Source: Chiloscyllium plagiosum (taxonomy: Eukaryota). Taken from it: a stretch of 64,000 bases of DNA. The translations under genes and the position numbers were made by a program. The notes under the pieces were generated by a model, which was not told where the DNA came from, made no database searches, and worked only from the letters and a program-made list of their open reading frames with translations. This document shows, piece after piece, positions 49,085 through 62,380 of the stretch. The stretch lies in the NCBI RefSeq assembly GCF_004010195.1, contig NC_057719.1, positions 22,345,174-22,409,173 on the forward strand, written 5' to 3'. Each line of letters starts with the position of its first letter. The first letter of the stretch is position 1.

Positions 49085-49270
49085 ATTGTGCACGTGGACA
49101 GGAGGCCATGATTGGTGAGAGGCAAAATCCATCCTTGCCTCAGCTTTTCTTGAATCAGTGATTTCAAGTTTCCAGTACTCCACCCACCCCACAAATCTCC
49201 CGTTTGCAGCAGCTTGGCTCAGTCCGGCCTGTGTATAAAATTATAGGAGTCAAGAACGCAGATTGAGACT
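49085..49270 (+). promoter_or_regulatory. Candidate TATA-containing core promoter
   Basis: CACGTG at 49091, GATTGG at 49110, CACCC boxes near 49181 and TATAAAA at 49234-49240. Confidence 0.35.
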
Positions 49271-50050
49271 GTGTGCTGGGATGAGATTGAATGACGTTGG
49301 GATTTTGAGAAGCTGCTTGGGAAATATATCATCACCTGTCGTGTGCTGTAATTTTGCTGTTTTGTTTTCGTGTGACTCATTATGTGTGGGGCCTACTAGA
49401 CAAGTTAATGACTACAGAATTCCTCCTGTGTACATTGCTCGATGATCACTGTGCTGAAATGTTGCTGTTTCCCTTCCCACTATTCACCCGTTGTTGACTT
49501 GTTTATTCATGTGCCTAACAGAAGGGACACGTTCCAAAAGCAATATGGGGCGCTGCTTTCTTCAAACTACTTTTGGAATCTCACCAGAATATTCCCCGCC
49601 CCTATTCTTTCTCTGTCTCACACGCGCATTTCTTTTAGAGACTTGTTCATTTTAGGAGCCCGTGTCGCTTTCTCCTTGGCACATTAAGCTGCAATCCACG
49701 CTCAACTGTAACATTTCCTATTGATCCGCATTCTCAGCGGTTCGCCTTGTCAAACGCTGATCTCACTCCGAGAGTTGGCGGCAGCGAGAACTGATGTATT
49801 CAAGCCATTTGTCTGGCCATGGAGCTGGGACTGGCTGTGAAATTCACGAATCCTGGGCTAAAGATAGTGAAAGGCATCAGGGAGAGCTCTTTTGTGTGTG
49901 TGTGTTTCTTCAACAGGCACTGGTCACGTTTAAGAGTTCCTGTTAGTCTCTGGCAGAGGGTTCACTTAAAGATGTGCACTGCATCCCGCTAAGGCCTTAT
50001 CGAATATTTTCTACATTCAGCAGAAACCAGAGTGAATATCTCCTGCAGCT

Positions 50051-50147
50051 ACAAAGTTAAAAATCACACCACACCAGGTTATAGTCCAACAGGTTTAATT
50101 GGAAGCTCACTAGCTTTCGGAGCGACGCTCCTTCATTAGGTGATAGT
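50051..50147 (-). mobile_element. Single-arm copy of the 36528-36737 family
   Basis: Near-identical to the left arm of that element. Minus strand reads TCAC-CTAATGA-A-GGAGC-GTC-GCTCC-GAAAGCTA-GTGA. Confidence 0.85.
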
Positions 50148-50724
50148 GCTACATCACTGTAACACGAGACAACAATCTAGGTCCCTCAGTTTGTTCATTC
50201 AACAATAGTTGGATTGTTGAGCAAAATAAATATCACATGCACAAGCGTTTTGTTTCTTATTTTGCCCTATTCATTCAAAAGGTAGGGCTCTGAAATTGTA
50301 CGTTAAACTTTCAAAGGCATATTACTTTTATAAAACAGTTGCCATAAATGTAACATTAATTCTGTTCACTGGCACGAGCCTTTGTTTAACATCAGAAGCT
50401 TTATGCTTGTATAGTCAGAATACCGTTTGAGATATGTACGACATGCAGACGGCTGCTGTCATCCATCTCAAATGTTACACATTGCTCCACTGCCAACACA
50501 GCCTGTTCCAACTCTCCGATATCAACACTTTTGCTATTATGAGCATACCGTTTACCGAGATGATAGCGTTGCATGTGTAGGAGTTGAAAATGAGACATAA
50601 ATTAATCATATATCATGACAGATGGGAATTGTTCAGGTATACCTGATGCACAAGACAAGTTGAACCACCTATGGCATTACAAATGAGATTGGTTCATGTA
50701 CAGATCCGCTTGGCATTCATTTAA

Positions 50725-52325
50725 CAATACAGTCACGGGGAGTTAGATTTCCATGGAAAGGGGCCATTCGGCCCACATTGTACATGCTGGTCATTAACAT
50801 ACATCTATTCTAATCTTATTTTCCAGCACTTGACCTGTAGCATTGTGTGTTATGGGTTTTCAAATCCTCTTCTAAACACTTCCTGCTTTCAGTCAGTGAG
50901 TTTGAGATATTCACAATTCTCCGGTTGAAAACAACTCTGAGCACTCCTCTAAGCCACCTACTCCTTACTGTGAAACTATGACACTTTGTTATTGATTCCT
51001 CTACTAAAGGGAAATGTTTCTCCTATGTACCTGTTCTATGCCCCTCAGGTCTTTGTACACATCAATCAAACCTCCCTCAGTCTTCAAGAACAACTTCAAA
51101 CATTGAGAAACATCAATAAATTCACCAACTTCAAACACGGAAAGACACAAACATTGTGTTGTACAACACCACCACGAAGGAAAACAACCCTAGCCTATCT
51201 AATCTCTGATCATAGTTGAATCAGTCCAGGTCAGACTACATCCTGGTGAATCTCTTCTGCATCCTCTCTCTTTTTTACTCACTTGTGGAATGTGGGCATC
51301 ACTGGCTGGGCCAGTATTTATTGACTGTCCCTAGTTGCCCTTGAGAAAGTGGTAGTGAGCTGCCTTCTTCAACCACTGCAGTCCCCCTGCTGTAGGTTGA
51401 CCCACAATGCCATTAGGAAGGGAATTCCAGGATTTTGATCCAGCCACAGTGAAGGAATGGCGATATATTTCCATATCAGAATGGTGAATGGCTTAGAGGG
51501 GAACTTGAAGATGGTGTTTTTTTCTTATATCTGATGTTCTTATCCTTCAAGATAGAAGTGATTGTGGTTTTGGAAGAAGTGCAATCTTTAGTACATTCAC
51601 ATCCTTGCTATAGTGCAGCAACCAGAACTGCACACAGTACTCTGGCTGTGGTTTTATGAACATTTTATACAGCTCCTTCTTCATTTCCTTGCTCTTGCAT
51701 TCAATATCTTGACTAATAAAAGGCAAGTATCACATATGCCTTGTTAACTGCCTTATCTATCCATCCAACTGCCATCAAGGGTCTATGAACATGCACACCA
51801 AGGTCTTTCTGTTACAAAAATAGAAATTGCTCGAGAAACTTATGATCTGACCTTCCAAGATTCTGATCTTCAGTACTTCCTAGATTCTCACCATTCAACA
51901 TTTACTCCCTTACCTATCTATTTCATCCTGTAATCTAAGGCTTTCCTACACCATTAATTTTCAAGTCACCTCTGAAATTAATGGTCTTGTTCATGTCTAG
52001 ATTATTAATATACACAACAACAACAAGAGAGTCAGCACTGAACCATCTGGTTTGCCACAGGATACAGGTTTCCAGTCACAAAAATTGCCTTCAAACATCA
52101 CACTCTGTTTCCTGTCACCAAGAAAATTTCAATTCCAAGTTGCCAAATTGCCCTGGATCACGTGGCCTCTTAGCTCCTTAATCAGTCTGCCATGTGAGAC
52201 CTTATCAAAAGTTTAATGAAGTCCATGCAAACTACATCAACTGCATTAGTCTCATCTACACACCTACTACTTCTTTGAAAATTTCAATCATATTTGTTTG
52301 ACTCAACTCCCCCTGACAAAACCAT
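50725..52325 (-). mobile_element. Old CR1 LINE (3' UTR to RT) with nested inserts, including the second non-LTR family at 51270-51580
   Basis: CR1 tail GGCCATTCGGCCCA at 50762. The RT region at 51960-52325 parallels 31860-32220. Confidence 0.75.
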
Positions 52326-55300
52326 AGTTTTGCTTTCAACTCATTCATGGCCAGAATGGTTTAATTTTGATTCCGAATAGGTTAGTTTGTTTCCAAAGTT
52401 TGGAATCTGCAGTTTAAAAATAAAACTTATTCTCTCATGTTTATGATTATAGAGCATTAAAGTCATGCATTAGCTTGCATTTCTGGTAATTCCATTTCTT
52501 TGCCATGATCCAACAAGACCCACTGAGACTGAATGCAAACAATGTGCCTTTAAAGTTCCATGAGGATCACAATTGGATTCTCACCCATAAAAACAGTAGG
52601 AGCCTCACACGGAATTCAGTTACACTCCATCGATGCCATTTCTGAGAGTTTCTGGTTTGCTTCCTAAAGACTGGAAAGCTGAACTGCATTTTAGTTGGCA
52701 TGGGATGGGAAATGCTTCTCAGCTCCTGATACTAAGGCAGATCAGACTCACTGGTTGTACCGAAGCTTCATGACTGATCTGAATCCTCCAATGAAGGGAA
52801 TCAAATCATTTCAATTTTCTGGTCTTCTCACACCAGGGATAAATTTGAACAGCATTGGGGTTTTTAAGGAAGGAGGCTAAAGTATTGCCTCCTCCACAGG
52901 TATGTATTCAAAAAAGGTTTGCATTTTCTGTAGTGTCAAGAAGGTGTCCCTAGGACAAGCTCCATGCAAGTAAAGGGCCTTCCCAGTAACCCAGTAATCC
53001 TACATGAGGATGAAGACTGGAAATCACTGACTGTCATGACCTGCATCTAATATCTGAATATATACCTGTAACATTTCAAAATATGTGCCCCTCCATTGGA
53101 TTATTAGGGGACAATGTAGGAGATTGTGTTATATCTTGATTTCAGTTCTAAGGAAAAACATGCTTACTGCATCAAGAGCAATTCTTTTGCTACTGTTCAC
53201 ATCTTGTCACTTCACCCTATTCCCCCTTGCATCCAGATGTGAGGGCACAGTTTTTCTATTCCTGGGTCCCTTGGCATGCTAGATTCTCTAGACAGCAACC
53301 AAATGAGCATTTAGAAGGCAATTGCCCTTTTTACCCCCATGTGGTCTATGCATTCAAGGACAGGAACAGCAAAGATCTATTGATGTGATCACAAGGAATT
53401 CACCATAATTTACAAACTTTCTTCAGAAAAAAAGTAGTTTTATTTTGTTAATTGAGGTATGGGAATTTTATACTGAGCAATAAAACACATTTTGCTGTGC
53501 TTCCCAGGACAGATTAGACTGAGTAAAACTTCATTATTTCTGCACAATGTTTCTCAATCTTGCAGAGGAGCTGTAAGGTATTATGGTGATCCTTTTTGTG
53601 CATTGTCCCTGCTAACTTTTTCTGTGAATACTGATTTTGTGTCAATTAATGCCTAGTTATCCCACAGGCCTCATGCAACTGACTGAGACAAATAAAGGCC
53701 ATTTCATGTTAAAAGTGCTTTAAGCAGGTGAACAGATCATCAGTAAATTATGAAAGGCCAATGTCTGTTTTACTGCATCACACAATCTTATTACTTTTCT
53801 ATTCCCTGATTCGGAGTGGCGTTTCTGACTTCCCAAGATGTTCTCCCATTTGACGAGACTTTCTTATGTTTGCTGACTTTCTTACGCACCACTTCATCCC
53901 AGAAGTAATTCTTGTTGCTCACTTGCTCTCTGTTGTCACATCTATCCTGAGCCCTCGCTCACATTGAATATTAGGAAGAAGTGAGTGGGAGAGTCAAACA
54001 GTCAAGCAGTAACAGGGGGAAGAGTTAGAATATAGGAATTAAGTAGATTTAGTGTATTGCTTTTTTGCATTGAGTATATTTTTAAAAGTTATTTCATTAC
54101 TGACATTGGAATGTACAATACTTTGAAATGCAAGGCATGTTTTTATGATTTTTTATGAAAAATGTCCTATTAAAGGTAACTACAGCTTTTATATTGTTGA
54201 TCATTGTAATTAGCAGATTCATTTAATGTTGTTTTACTTAAAACTCCATCGTTAAGGAGCACAACTGCATCTTTAAGCAAGGGCTTACTGAAGTATGTAT
54301 CATATGCAGTGTAAGGCTTCCTTTATATTTTTTAATAGTCTTTGCACCAGAAAATCACCCTATAACTCAATCAGATATCTTTGTTTCTGCTTGCCATACA
54401 ACAGTCACCCTTGAGGAGTCTATGAATGAAATTACCAATGAGCTGTTTCTAGTTACCTATTATCAACTTAGAGAAGAAGCTTTCATCTAACCAACTTGAG
54501 GTGGATTTTGACCAGAGATGAAAGATTCTTAACATAGAATGTTAACTCTGGACCACCCAATCTCCACAATGTTCTATTTCTGAAATATATAAAGTTCTGT
54601 GTTGTATTTTAAACAGTACAGAATTTTAAATGTTAATCAAATGTGAATTCAATTCTAGAATTGCTAACATTCTCTACTCGTTTTTACTTGAAGTTTTCTT
54701 TTCAATTGTAACATTATAACTATGATATATGCTCACATTTAACAAACATATTTATATTCAACCTTTTAATTTCTTTGAGATCTTGTATTATATCTAATTG
54801 ATCCTTGTAAAGACTCCACATAATTAACCAAAAAAATGTGGAAAGGTTTCTCCAAATAAATTTTTCAAGGTGAAATGTAATTCAAAATGTTGGTCAACTA
54901 AAGCTGAATGAGTCCCACTGACAACAATTAGGCTTCTTTAAGCTTCCCACAGTCCTCCGTTAACTCAGCTGTAGTTACTAACAGGAAGAAATGAGCTTTA
55001 TTGTTCAATTAGTTTGGGGGAATAAACAGACAAGTAATAGGGAGTTTCTCAGGCAACAAACAAACAGTGTTCTGAAACTGCTTCTGTTGAACCTCAATAT
55101 TACTCACAACCTCATTAGTTTCCAACTTTTCCATTAACAGATAAAGAGAAAAGCTCAATGATTTAACAAACACTCCTGAGTAATGTACAAGAGTAGGTTG
55201 CTGTCTGACAGCCAATTCCTTATTCATCACTAGCCTTCAATTGCTTGCTTATCTTGATATCGTTGCCTGTTTTACTGATAATTCTATTATCAGTGATGGT

Positions 55301-55359
55301 CTGAGCATTCCACTTTCATTCCTTCCAAATCACTTCCATACTCCATTCTTCCCTGCATT

Positions 55360-55750
55360 CATAAGAAACAGGAGCAGGAGAAGGACATTTGGCCCCTTGA
55401 GCCTGCTTCGCTATTCAACAAGATTTTGGCTGATCTGTCCTCGGCCTCAACTCCTCTCTCATGCCAGCCAGTAGCAATGAGCTCCCTGATATTTCAAATA
55501 CCTATCTACTTCCTCTTTAAATACTTCCAGTGATTTAATCTCTAGACTCTCAGGAGTAGAGAATGACAAACATTCACTATCCTCTGGCAGAAGAAATTCC
55601 TTTGCATCTCAGTTTAAAACGTGTGATATCTTATTCTGTAACTATGTTTCCAACTTAGAGATTTCCACACGAGTAGAAAAATCTGCTCAACATTTACTTA
55701 TCAAAGACCTTTTTAAGCCTACTCAGAACCTTAATTCTCATTCTTGTATG
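55360..55750 (-). mobile_element. CR1 LINE 3' fragment
   Basis: CATAAGAAACAGGAGCAGGA...GGCCCCTTGAGCCTGCT...AAGAAATTCC. Confidence 0.8.
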
Positions 55751-55894
55751 TTAAAATTCATTCCCTTATCTGATTACTCTCACTCTTTCTTTCCCAGGAC
55801 CATAAACTGTCAATGTTCTTACTTTGCCTTGTTGCTTTCCATTTACAATGTGAGGGTCTTTAAGATAGCTCTCTCTATCTCTCATTTAACAGTG

Positions 55895-56215
55895 TGTCAA
55901 AATAGAATTCCAGAGACTTGAGTACATAACTTGAGCTATACTGGCAGATTTATTGATTTTTGGATACATTATTAACCAAACATCATCCTTTTGAGTGGAT
56001 GTAAAAAGCAGTATTTAAAGAACAGCAGGGAGTTATCAGTATCCTGGTTAATATTTGTTTGTCAACCAACAATGCTAAAACAGATTATTTGGCCATTATC
56101 TCATTGCTGCTTACGGAACATTTCTGCATACAAATTGCCTGTTGCATTTCTTATATCACAGGAGTGACAGTACTTCAAAAAATACTTAATTGGCTGTAAA
56201 TGCTTGCAATGTCTG
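55895..56215 (+). mobile_element. Deu-domain SINE
   Basis: GTGGATGTAAAA...CAGCAGGGAGTT...TCAACCAACAATGCTAAAACAGATTATTTGGCCATTATCTCATTGCTG...GTGACAGTACTTCAAAA...TTGGCTGTAAA. Confidence 0.8.
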
Positions 56216-57454
56216 TCTTATTTTAGATAAATATTGACAGTGTTGTGGTTTGAGCAATTTTCTTTAAATATTTCAGCAGTTTCAAATATTTCTGTTCTAA
56301 AGAGACCATTAGACAAAAAAAAGCTTAAAGAGGCAGACAATCTAAATAATTGTGAAATAATTATCAAAAGACAAAAGTTTATCCTCTCCCTGAGTGACAT
56401 AATGTTTATGGAGCAGCAAATCCAGGTTTGGTTAAATTGCATTCTCCCTTTGGTTGATGTTGTGAAATGGCTCAGATTAATTTCTAGGATATGTACCTAT
56501 TGTATTTGATACAGTCTCTCAAATATATTGTACGTACATTGAAAGACAAAAACTTAAATTAAAAAAAACTAGGATAAAGAGCCCATGGCATTCCGTTGTG
56601 TTAAAATTCCCTTTCCCTTCTTATTATTATTGACCTGTCCCATTCTCATGTTACTTTGCTGTGTTTTCCTTCACCCATACATGTAATCTTTTATAATCTT
56701 GAATGATAAAGTTTCTGTTTATGTTCTATTTTCTAGTTTATCATATCCTGCTCTTCAACAATCTGTCAATGTTTTCAGTCAAGCTATGGTCCTTCACTGA
56801 ATTCTTTTCATTACGGGTGAACAGTTTATTTGCTGGTTTTGGATTCTTCTCAGCTTGAAACAAAACTCTCTCTATATGAATTGGAAGATTCAAATATCTG
56901 GACTGTATTAAGTTTAGAACTGTGTCTACTTGATAGGTGTGAGGAAAGTTAGTGAAGTTTCTTTGGGATCAAGCTAGTTTCAGAACGACTTGCCTGGAAC
57001 TGAGTTGATCTGCTGTGGAATTTCAGCAATCCAGTATTGGAGAGTTATAGGAATGCTGGATACCAACATGTTGCTGATGATTCATCTGCAAGACAGATTT
57101 ACTCATGAGGCACAAAATAGGTGGCTCTTTCATTGGGAGACGAGCATTCTTCCTATGCAGATCCACAAAACCCTGTCAGCAAAGGCCCCAGCATTTCTAA
57201 GGAGATAGACCGACAGCAGGAACATTACCAATGTTCTGAATACCTTTCACTTTGAGGCAATTACAAGCCAGTGGAACCCCTGTGTCAACTCAAGTCTTCA
57301 ACCATTTATTATGACCACTGGAGGAGATCCATGTTGGCTCAGCTTAGCTAAGTGAGATGTTTCCAGTTATGAAGACAGTAGGCAAACCACAAAATAAATT
57401 GCAACAGTATAATTCAATTTTGTTAAACTAATCGTGCGCATCGATGTAATATAT

Positions 57455-57650
57455 GACTGTGGAGGCCAAGTCATTGAGTATCTCTAAAATAGAGATATAT
57501 AGGTTTTTGATTAATAAATGGGATCAAGGATTATGGGGAATAAGGCAAGAGAATGGGATTGAGAAACCTATCAGCCATGATTGAGTGGCAGAGCTTACCT
57601 GATGGGGCTGAGTGGCCTAACTCTACTCTATATCTTATGGTCTTATATGT
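57455..57650 (+). mobile_element. CR1 LINE 3' end
   Basis: GTGGAGGCCAAGTCATTGAG...GATGGGGCTGAGTGGCCTA...TCTTATGGTCTTAT. Confidence 0.8.
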
Positions 57651-58110
57651 AATGGCTGACCTTCAGTGCCTCCTGGTATCCAAAAGTCTAATTTTTAAAA
57701 CCATTAATGGTCTCAGTCCCTCCATAGCTTGCTATTTTTCTCCAGCCATATACCCTCTAAGAACCTGTGTTCTTGTTTCAAGTTTGACCTTATCTGAGAA
57801 AGAGTTAGAGTTAAGGTTAGGGCTTGGGGTTGGGATAAACCTAACCAAACCCATTTCTGTTGCCACATGATTTACGTAAGTACTTTCAACCATCAAAATC
57901 CCAAACTTTAGAATTCTGTTCTGCCCTTCTCAAACATTTTCTCAACCATTTAAGACATGCTTAAAATCTATTTCTTTGATCATGCTTTCAGTTGCTCCTC
58001 TTTTTCTGCTGTACAATACCCATTTTTGTTTAATTATGGTTGTGTGAAGTGCTTTGTGATGGTTTTCTACATTAAAGGCACTATATAAATGGAAGTTGTC
58101 ACTGTTATTT
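57650..58110 (+). mobile_element. L2-clade LINE 3' end
   Basis: LIFKTINGLSP remnant and the tail GTGAAGTGCTTTG...TACATTAAAGGCACTATATAAAT. Confidence 0.65.
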
Positions 58111-58594
58111 ATATAATCAATTGATTCAGATATTGATTTCCACATGATGTTCCCTTACAGGTCTTGAAACTACTGAAAGAAAATTAGCTCACAAACTTTC
58201 AAAGACCAGTTTCATTTCCAGTGCTGTTTTTACTGTTGTAAAAGCATCCCATAGTACTTCATACAGGGGAGGACTGGCACTGATTAGTGATAGGTTGAGG
58301 CTTATTGACAGAAATCATGGCCAAAAAGATAGCTTTTCAAAATACATTTGAAAGTAGAGAAAAGGATAACAAAGGAAGGGATTTGCAGAGAGTGTTCCAA
58401 ATATAGGATCTAGCCTTTGAAAGATAGACCGAGTGGCTAGTGAATGTAAAGGAGCCAGAGTCAGAAGACTGGAAGGTGCAGACTGACACCTAGTACTGGA
58501 GAATACTGAGTATGTAGGATTGGACAAGGTCTGGGAAGAATTTACAAATGAGGGCAAGGATTCTGAACTACCTGTGTGACTGGCTAAAGAGCCA

Positions 58595-59250
58595 TTAGAC
58601 CATAACAATGTAAGATTTAGGAGCAGAGTAGGCCATACATAATGCTACGTATGCTCCACCATTCAATGAGATCATGGCTAGTTTGTGAATCCTCAACCCT
58701 AAGTTCTTGCTTTTCCCCCATATCCTTTGACTCCCTTAGTAATTAAACAAAAGTCTATCTTAGCCTTGAATATACTCAACAATGCAGCCTCAGCAAGCTT
58801 CTATAAGATAATATTCTACAGATTTGCTACAATCTGAGAAAAGAAATTTCTCCTCAACTTTGTTTTAAATGAGCCACCCCTTACTTTGAGATTGTATTCT
58901 CTGGTCCCAGACTCTCCCACAACCTTTCTGTATCTAGCCTGCCAATCTCTTCTAAATCTGGTGTGGACAAGCCCAATCAACTCAATCTCTCATCAAAAGA
59001 AAATTCCTCTATACCTAGATGCAAAGTACTGGACATCCTTTGGACTGTTGCCAATGCCAGTACATCTTTCCTGAGATAAGTGGACCAAAACTGTTCACAG
59101 CATTCCAGGAATGCGCTGAGTATTACATTGTATAATTTTAGTAATACCTCCTTTATTTTAATTCTTCATTCCCTTTGAAATATAGGCCTTAGTCCGTTTA
59201 TCTTCCATATTACCTGATGAACTTGTATTTTAGGTTTTTGCTGTGCAATC
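58595..59250 (-). mobile_element. CR1 LINE 3' fragment
   Basis: GACCATAA...AGGAGCAGAGTAGGCCAT...CTCCACCATTCAATGAGATCATGGCT, colinear with 23960-24650. Confidence 0.8.
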
Positions 59251-59396
59251 ATTCAATGAATGTTGGTTAGAACAAAATAGTTGGTAAATGTGAAGAGAGC
59301 TACAGAGGCTCAGGTGGTGGTGGTTGTAATAGTATACCCTGAAGTGTGGCTCTGTGGTCACATGGGCAAACATCTCCAAGAGGAATGTCACTCTGT

Positions 59397-59543
59397 TGTT
59401 ATGGACCAGACCAAACCCCCTTCAAATATATCAAGAAAGCCTAGACCTAAGTCTTTTTTAAATTTAATGGCAAGTGTAAGGTGATATGTTCCAGATGTAA
59501 TTTGATTGGTTACACTACTCAGCTTTAAGAAAGCATACTTTAT
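59397..59543 (-). mobile_element. LTR end fragment related to 21028-21600
   Basis: Colinear with the reverse complement of 21455-21600 and begins with TGTTA. Confidence 0.5.
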
Positions 59544-59549
59544 CCTTAC

Positions 59550-59645
59550 TTGGACTAGATTGGGTTGGGATATCTGGTCAGCATGGACAGATTGAACCGA
59601 AGGGTCTGTTTCCATGCTGTACATCTTTATGACTCTATGACTCTA
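59550..59645 (+). mobile_element. CR1 3' tail
   Basis: GGACTAGATTGGGTTGGGATATCTGGTC...ATGACTCTATGACTCTA. Confidence 0.9.
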
Positions 59646-59794
59646 AGTGTGACTTAGTCAGTCATAGGTTGTGGATGGAGGAGCCTGAGGTGAGTTGACT
59701 TCAGTGTAGTTTGGAGCTTGATCAGCTATGCTCCATTCATCATAACAGTGGCACAAATTTAATCTGAGAAATCACCAACTCATCAATCTAATTT

Positions 59795-60378
59795 CAGTGT
59801 GTTGCTGGAAAAGTGCAGCAGGTCAGGCCGCATCAAANNNNNNNNNNNNNNNNNNNNNNNNNNNNNNNNNNNNNNNNNNNNNNNNNNNNNNNNNNNNNNN
59901 NNNNNNNNNNNNNNNNNNNNNNNNNNNNNNNNNNNNNNNNNNNNNNNNNNNNNNNNNNNNNNNNNNNNNNNNNNNNNNNNNNNNNNNNNNNNNNNNNNNN
60001 NNNNNNNNNNNNNNNNNNNNNNNNNNNNNNNNNNNNNNNNNNNNNNNNNNNNNNNNNNNNNNNNNNNNNNNNNNNNNNNNNNNNNNNNNNNNNNNNNNNN
60101 NNNNNNNNNNNNNNNNNNNNNNNNNNNNNNNNNNNNNNNNNNNNNNNNNNNNNNNNNNNNNNNNNNNNNNGGCCTTGGAGGGAAGTGAGGGGGGGAGGTG
60201 TGGGCGCAGGTTTTGCATTTCTTGCGGTTGCAGGGGAAGGTGCCGGGAGTGGAGGTTGGGTTGGTGGGGGGTATGGACCTGACGAGGGAGTCACGGAGGG
60301 AGTGGTATTTTCGGAACGCTGATAGAGGAGGGGAGGGAAATATATCCCTGGTGGTGGGGCCTGTTTGGAGGTGGCGGT
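59795..60378 (-). mobile_element. Young Penelope-like element spanning an assembly gap
   Basis: Terminal-repeat sequence before the gap. After the gap the sequence is CpG-retaining and colinear with 13100-13295. Confidence 0.85.
59838..60170. other. Assembly gap (N run)
   Basis: Run of N. Confidence 1.
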
Positions 60379-62094
60379 TCCTTCGTCATTTCCTCCACCT
60401 CCATTCCCCTCACTTCCCTCCTTTCTGACTCCTTAAAAACAAATGTTAGGTGTGTAAGGGAGGATTTTCCATTTATACGTATGAGTGCAACTCCAACAAT
60501 ATGCCAGAAGTGCATCTTGATTGGCATCTAATTCACCACCTTACACATTCACTCCCACCACCACCAGCTCATTGGCTGCAGTATGTGCCATCCATAAGAT
60601 GCAGTGTAGAAACCCACTCAGACATCTTTGACATGCTCTAAACTCATTACCTTTACCATATAGAAGGATGAGAGGTGAAGGTGCACGCAAACACTGCTAA
60701 CTGTAAGTTCTCTGATCAAGTGGCCTGGAAATACGTTCCTCTCTTCTTCATCAGTGGATCACAATCCTGGGCCTTTCACCTTAACAGTGTTTTCATCTTA
60801 TAGGCTGAAGCCATCTCAAGGGCAGCTTAGGATAATTAATAAATGTTTGGCTTGCCATTGATGCACTTGTGCCCATTAGTGAAGCAAATAAACTTGGAAG
60901 GCCAGTAAAAAGAGAATTGAAGGAGTTGAAGCTGGAGGTGATAAAGTTAGACTGACAGTTTGACTACTGGCGGAGGAGAGCTTAGGTTCATGAACAGACA
61001 TACGATACGGATGAATAAATAGGAAATCTTGTTGATAGGTTCAAAAAGTAAAGCTGAAACTCAATTGAGGGTAAAATAAGGACATCAAAATTGTTCTGAG
61101 TGAGCAACGGGGGAGAGATTTTAAAAGAAACTCCACAAGATAGCTTTATACTTACCAATGTATTTGCATACAAGTGCTCTTTCTGCTGTTTTACTGAATT
61201 CAGTAACCATCTCTAAATAACTGGATTCACCACTGCATTAAAACTTTAACAAAGGAACAATGTGCTAATTTCTGTACAACTTTTTATAGAACATGGAATT
61301 TTGCAGAAAAGCGTTTAATGCCTATGTGCAATCTGTAAACAAAGTACGTTTTAAACATTTTATTAAGGTAACTTGCAAGTATTTACTGTTTCAGAACGCA
61401 TGGTCAAATGGCAAGTATATTTAAAAATTCCAAATTCAACAAAATAAGCTGATGCCATTCATATGTTAAAATTTAGTGTGAATCTGCAGTAAATGTGAAA
61501 ATAGGGTACAAGATGCTTTTCTAAAAGAGTGGGAACAGCTGTTCGCACTACAAAGCAAATCCACTTGTGAAAAATATCAAGCATGTTAATTACTATGACA
61601 GTAATTTCCCCTTTATCCATCTTTTCCAGCACAAAATCAATCCATTTGCACTTATTTTATCATATAAAGATAATCTATTGTTCTGCCACCCTCATTTTAC
61701 TGGTGCGATTATGTCCTGATAGCAGTTACAGTGAAGTATCGTCGTAAACAATCTGAATGATAAGTCAAATGGAGTAGCTGTACCTTTCACTAGCAATATC
61801 AAGTTCTGTATTCAATGTCAAGGTTTTTCATCATTTTGATCTGCAGAAGATTAATACCAATTTTCATTTCTGATTTCCTTTTACCTTAGGAACAACAACT
61901 TGTCTCAAATAATATTGTGTCTGTAGTAACTAATCATAGTTAAAAAGTAGAAGTTTACACTTAATGGTTTTGAATAAAGGGACATTTTGGGATGGTTTAT
62001 AGAAGTGTAAGAAATTGGATCAAAGCCAAGAATGCAATGAAACATGTGTAATGAGGATTCATCAAATGAATTTTCTTTTTAACCTAGTTTTCCA

Positions 62095-62300
62095 ATCAAC
62101 CTGTTCACGGATGTTATTATACACCTCTGGATCAGGTGGGACTTGAACATGGACCTCCTGATCCATGGCTAGGGACACTGCCACTGCACCAACCCCAAAG
62201 CTATTTGAATTTAAGCTTCACCAGCTGCTGTGATAGGATTTGATTTTGTTGTTTCCACAGCATTTAGAATCCAAATCCAATGACATTACCACATCACCAC
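62095..62300 (-). mobile_element. Short tRNA-derived SINE fragments
   Basis: Reverse complement GGTGCAGTGGCAGTGTCCCT...GTTCAAGTCCCACC contains A/B boxes. Confidence 0.55.
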
Positions 62301-62380
62301 AGGATAAATCTTGAAATACAATGCAAATGGAATGATGTAGAATTTCAGAGTGGCTTCAAGGCACAGCTACTCTGCTGATA

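Larger units (their letters stand above)
45965..49900. promoter_or_regulatory. CpG-rich, TE-free island: probable gene promoter / 5' end (core about 46050-47450)
   Basis: CpG is frequent compared with the depleted flanks. GC boxes at about 46071 and 47168, CCAAT/ATTGG at 47322 and 46864, (CT)n tracts and splice-donor consensus sites. No recognisable TE for about 4 kb. Confidence 0.75.

Noticed and set aside
49819..49992. Kozak-context ATG (GCCATGG) starting a roughly 57-codon ORF
   Set aside because: It runs through a (TG)n tract, encodes no recognisable peptide and has no clear donor site.
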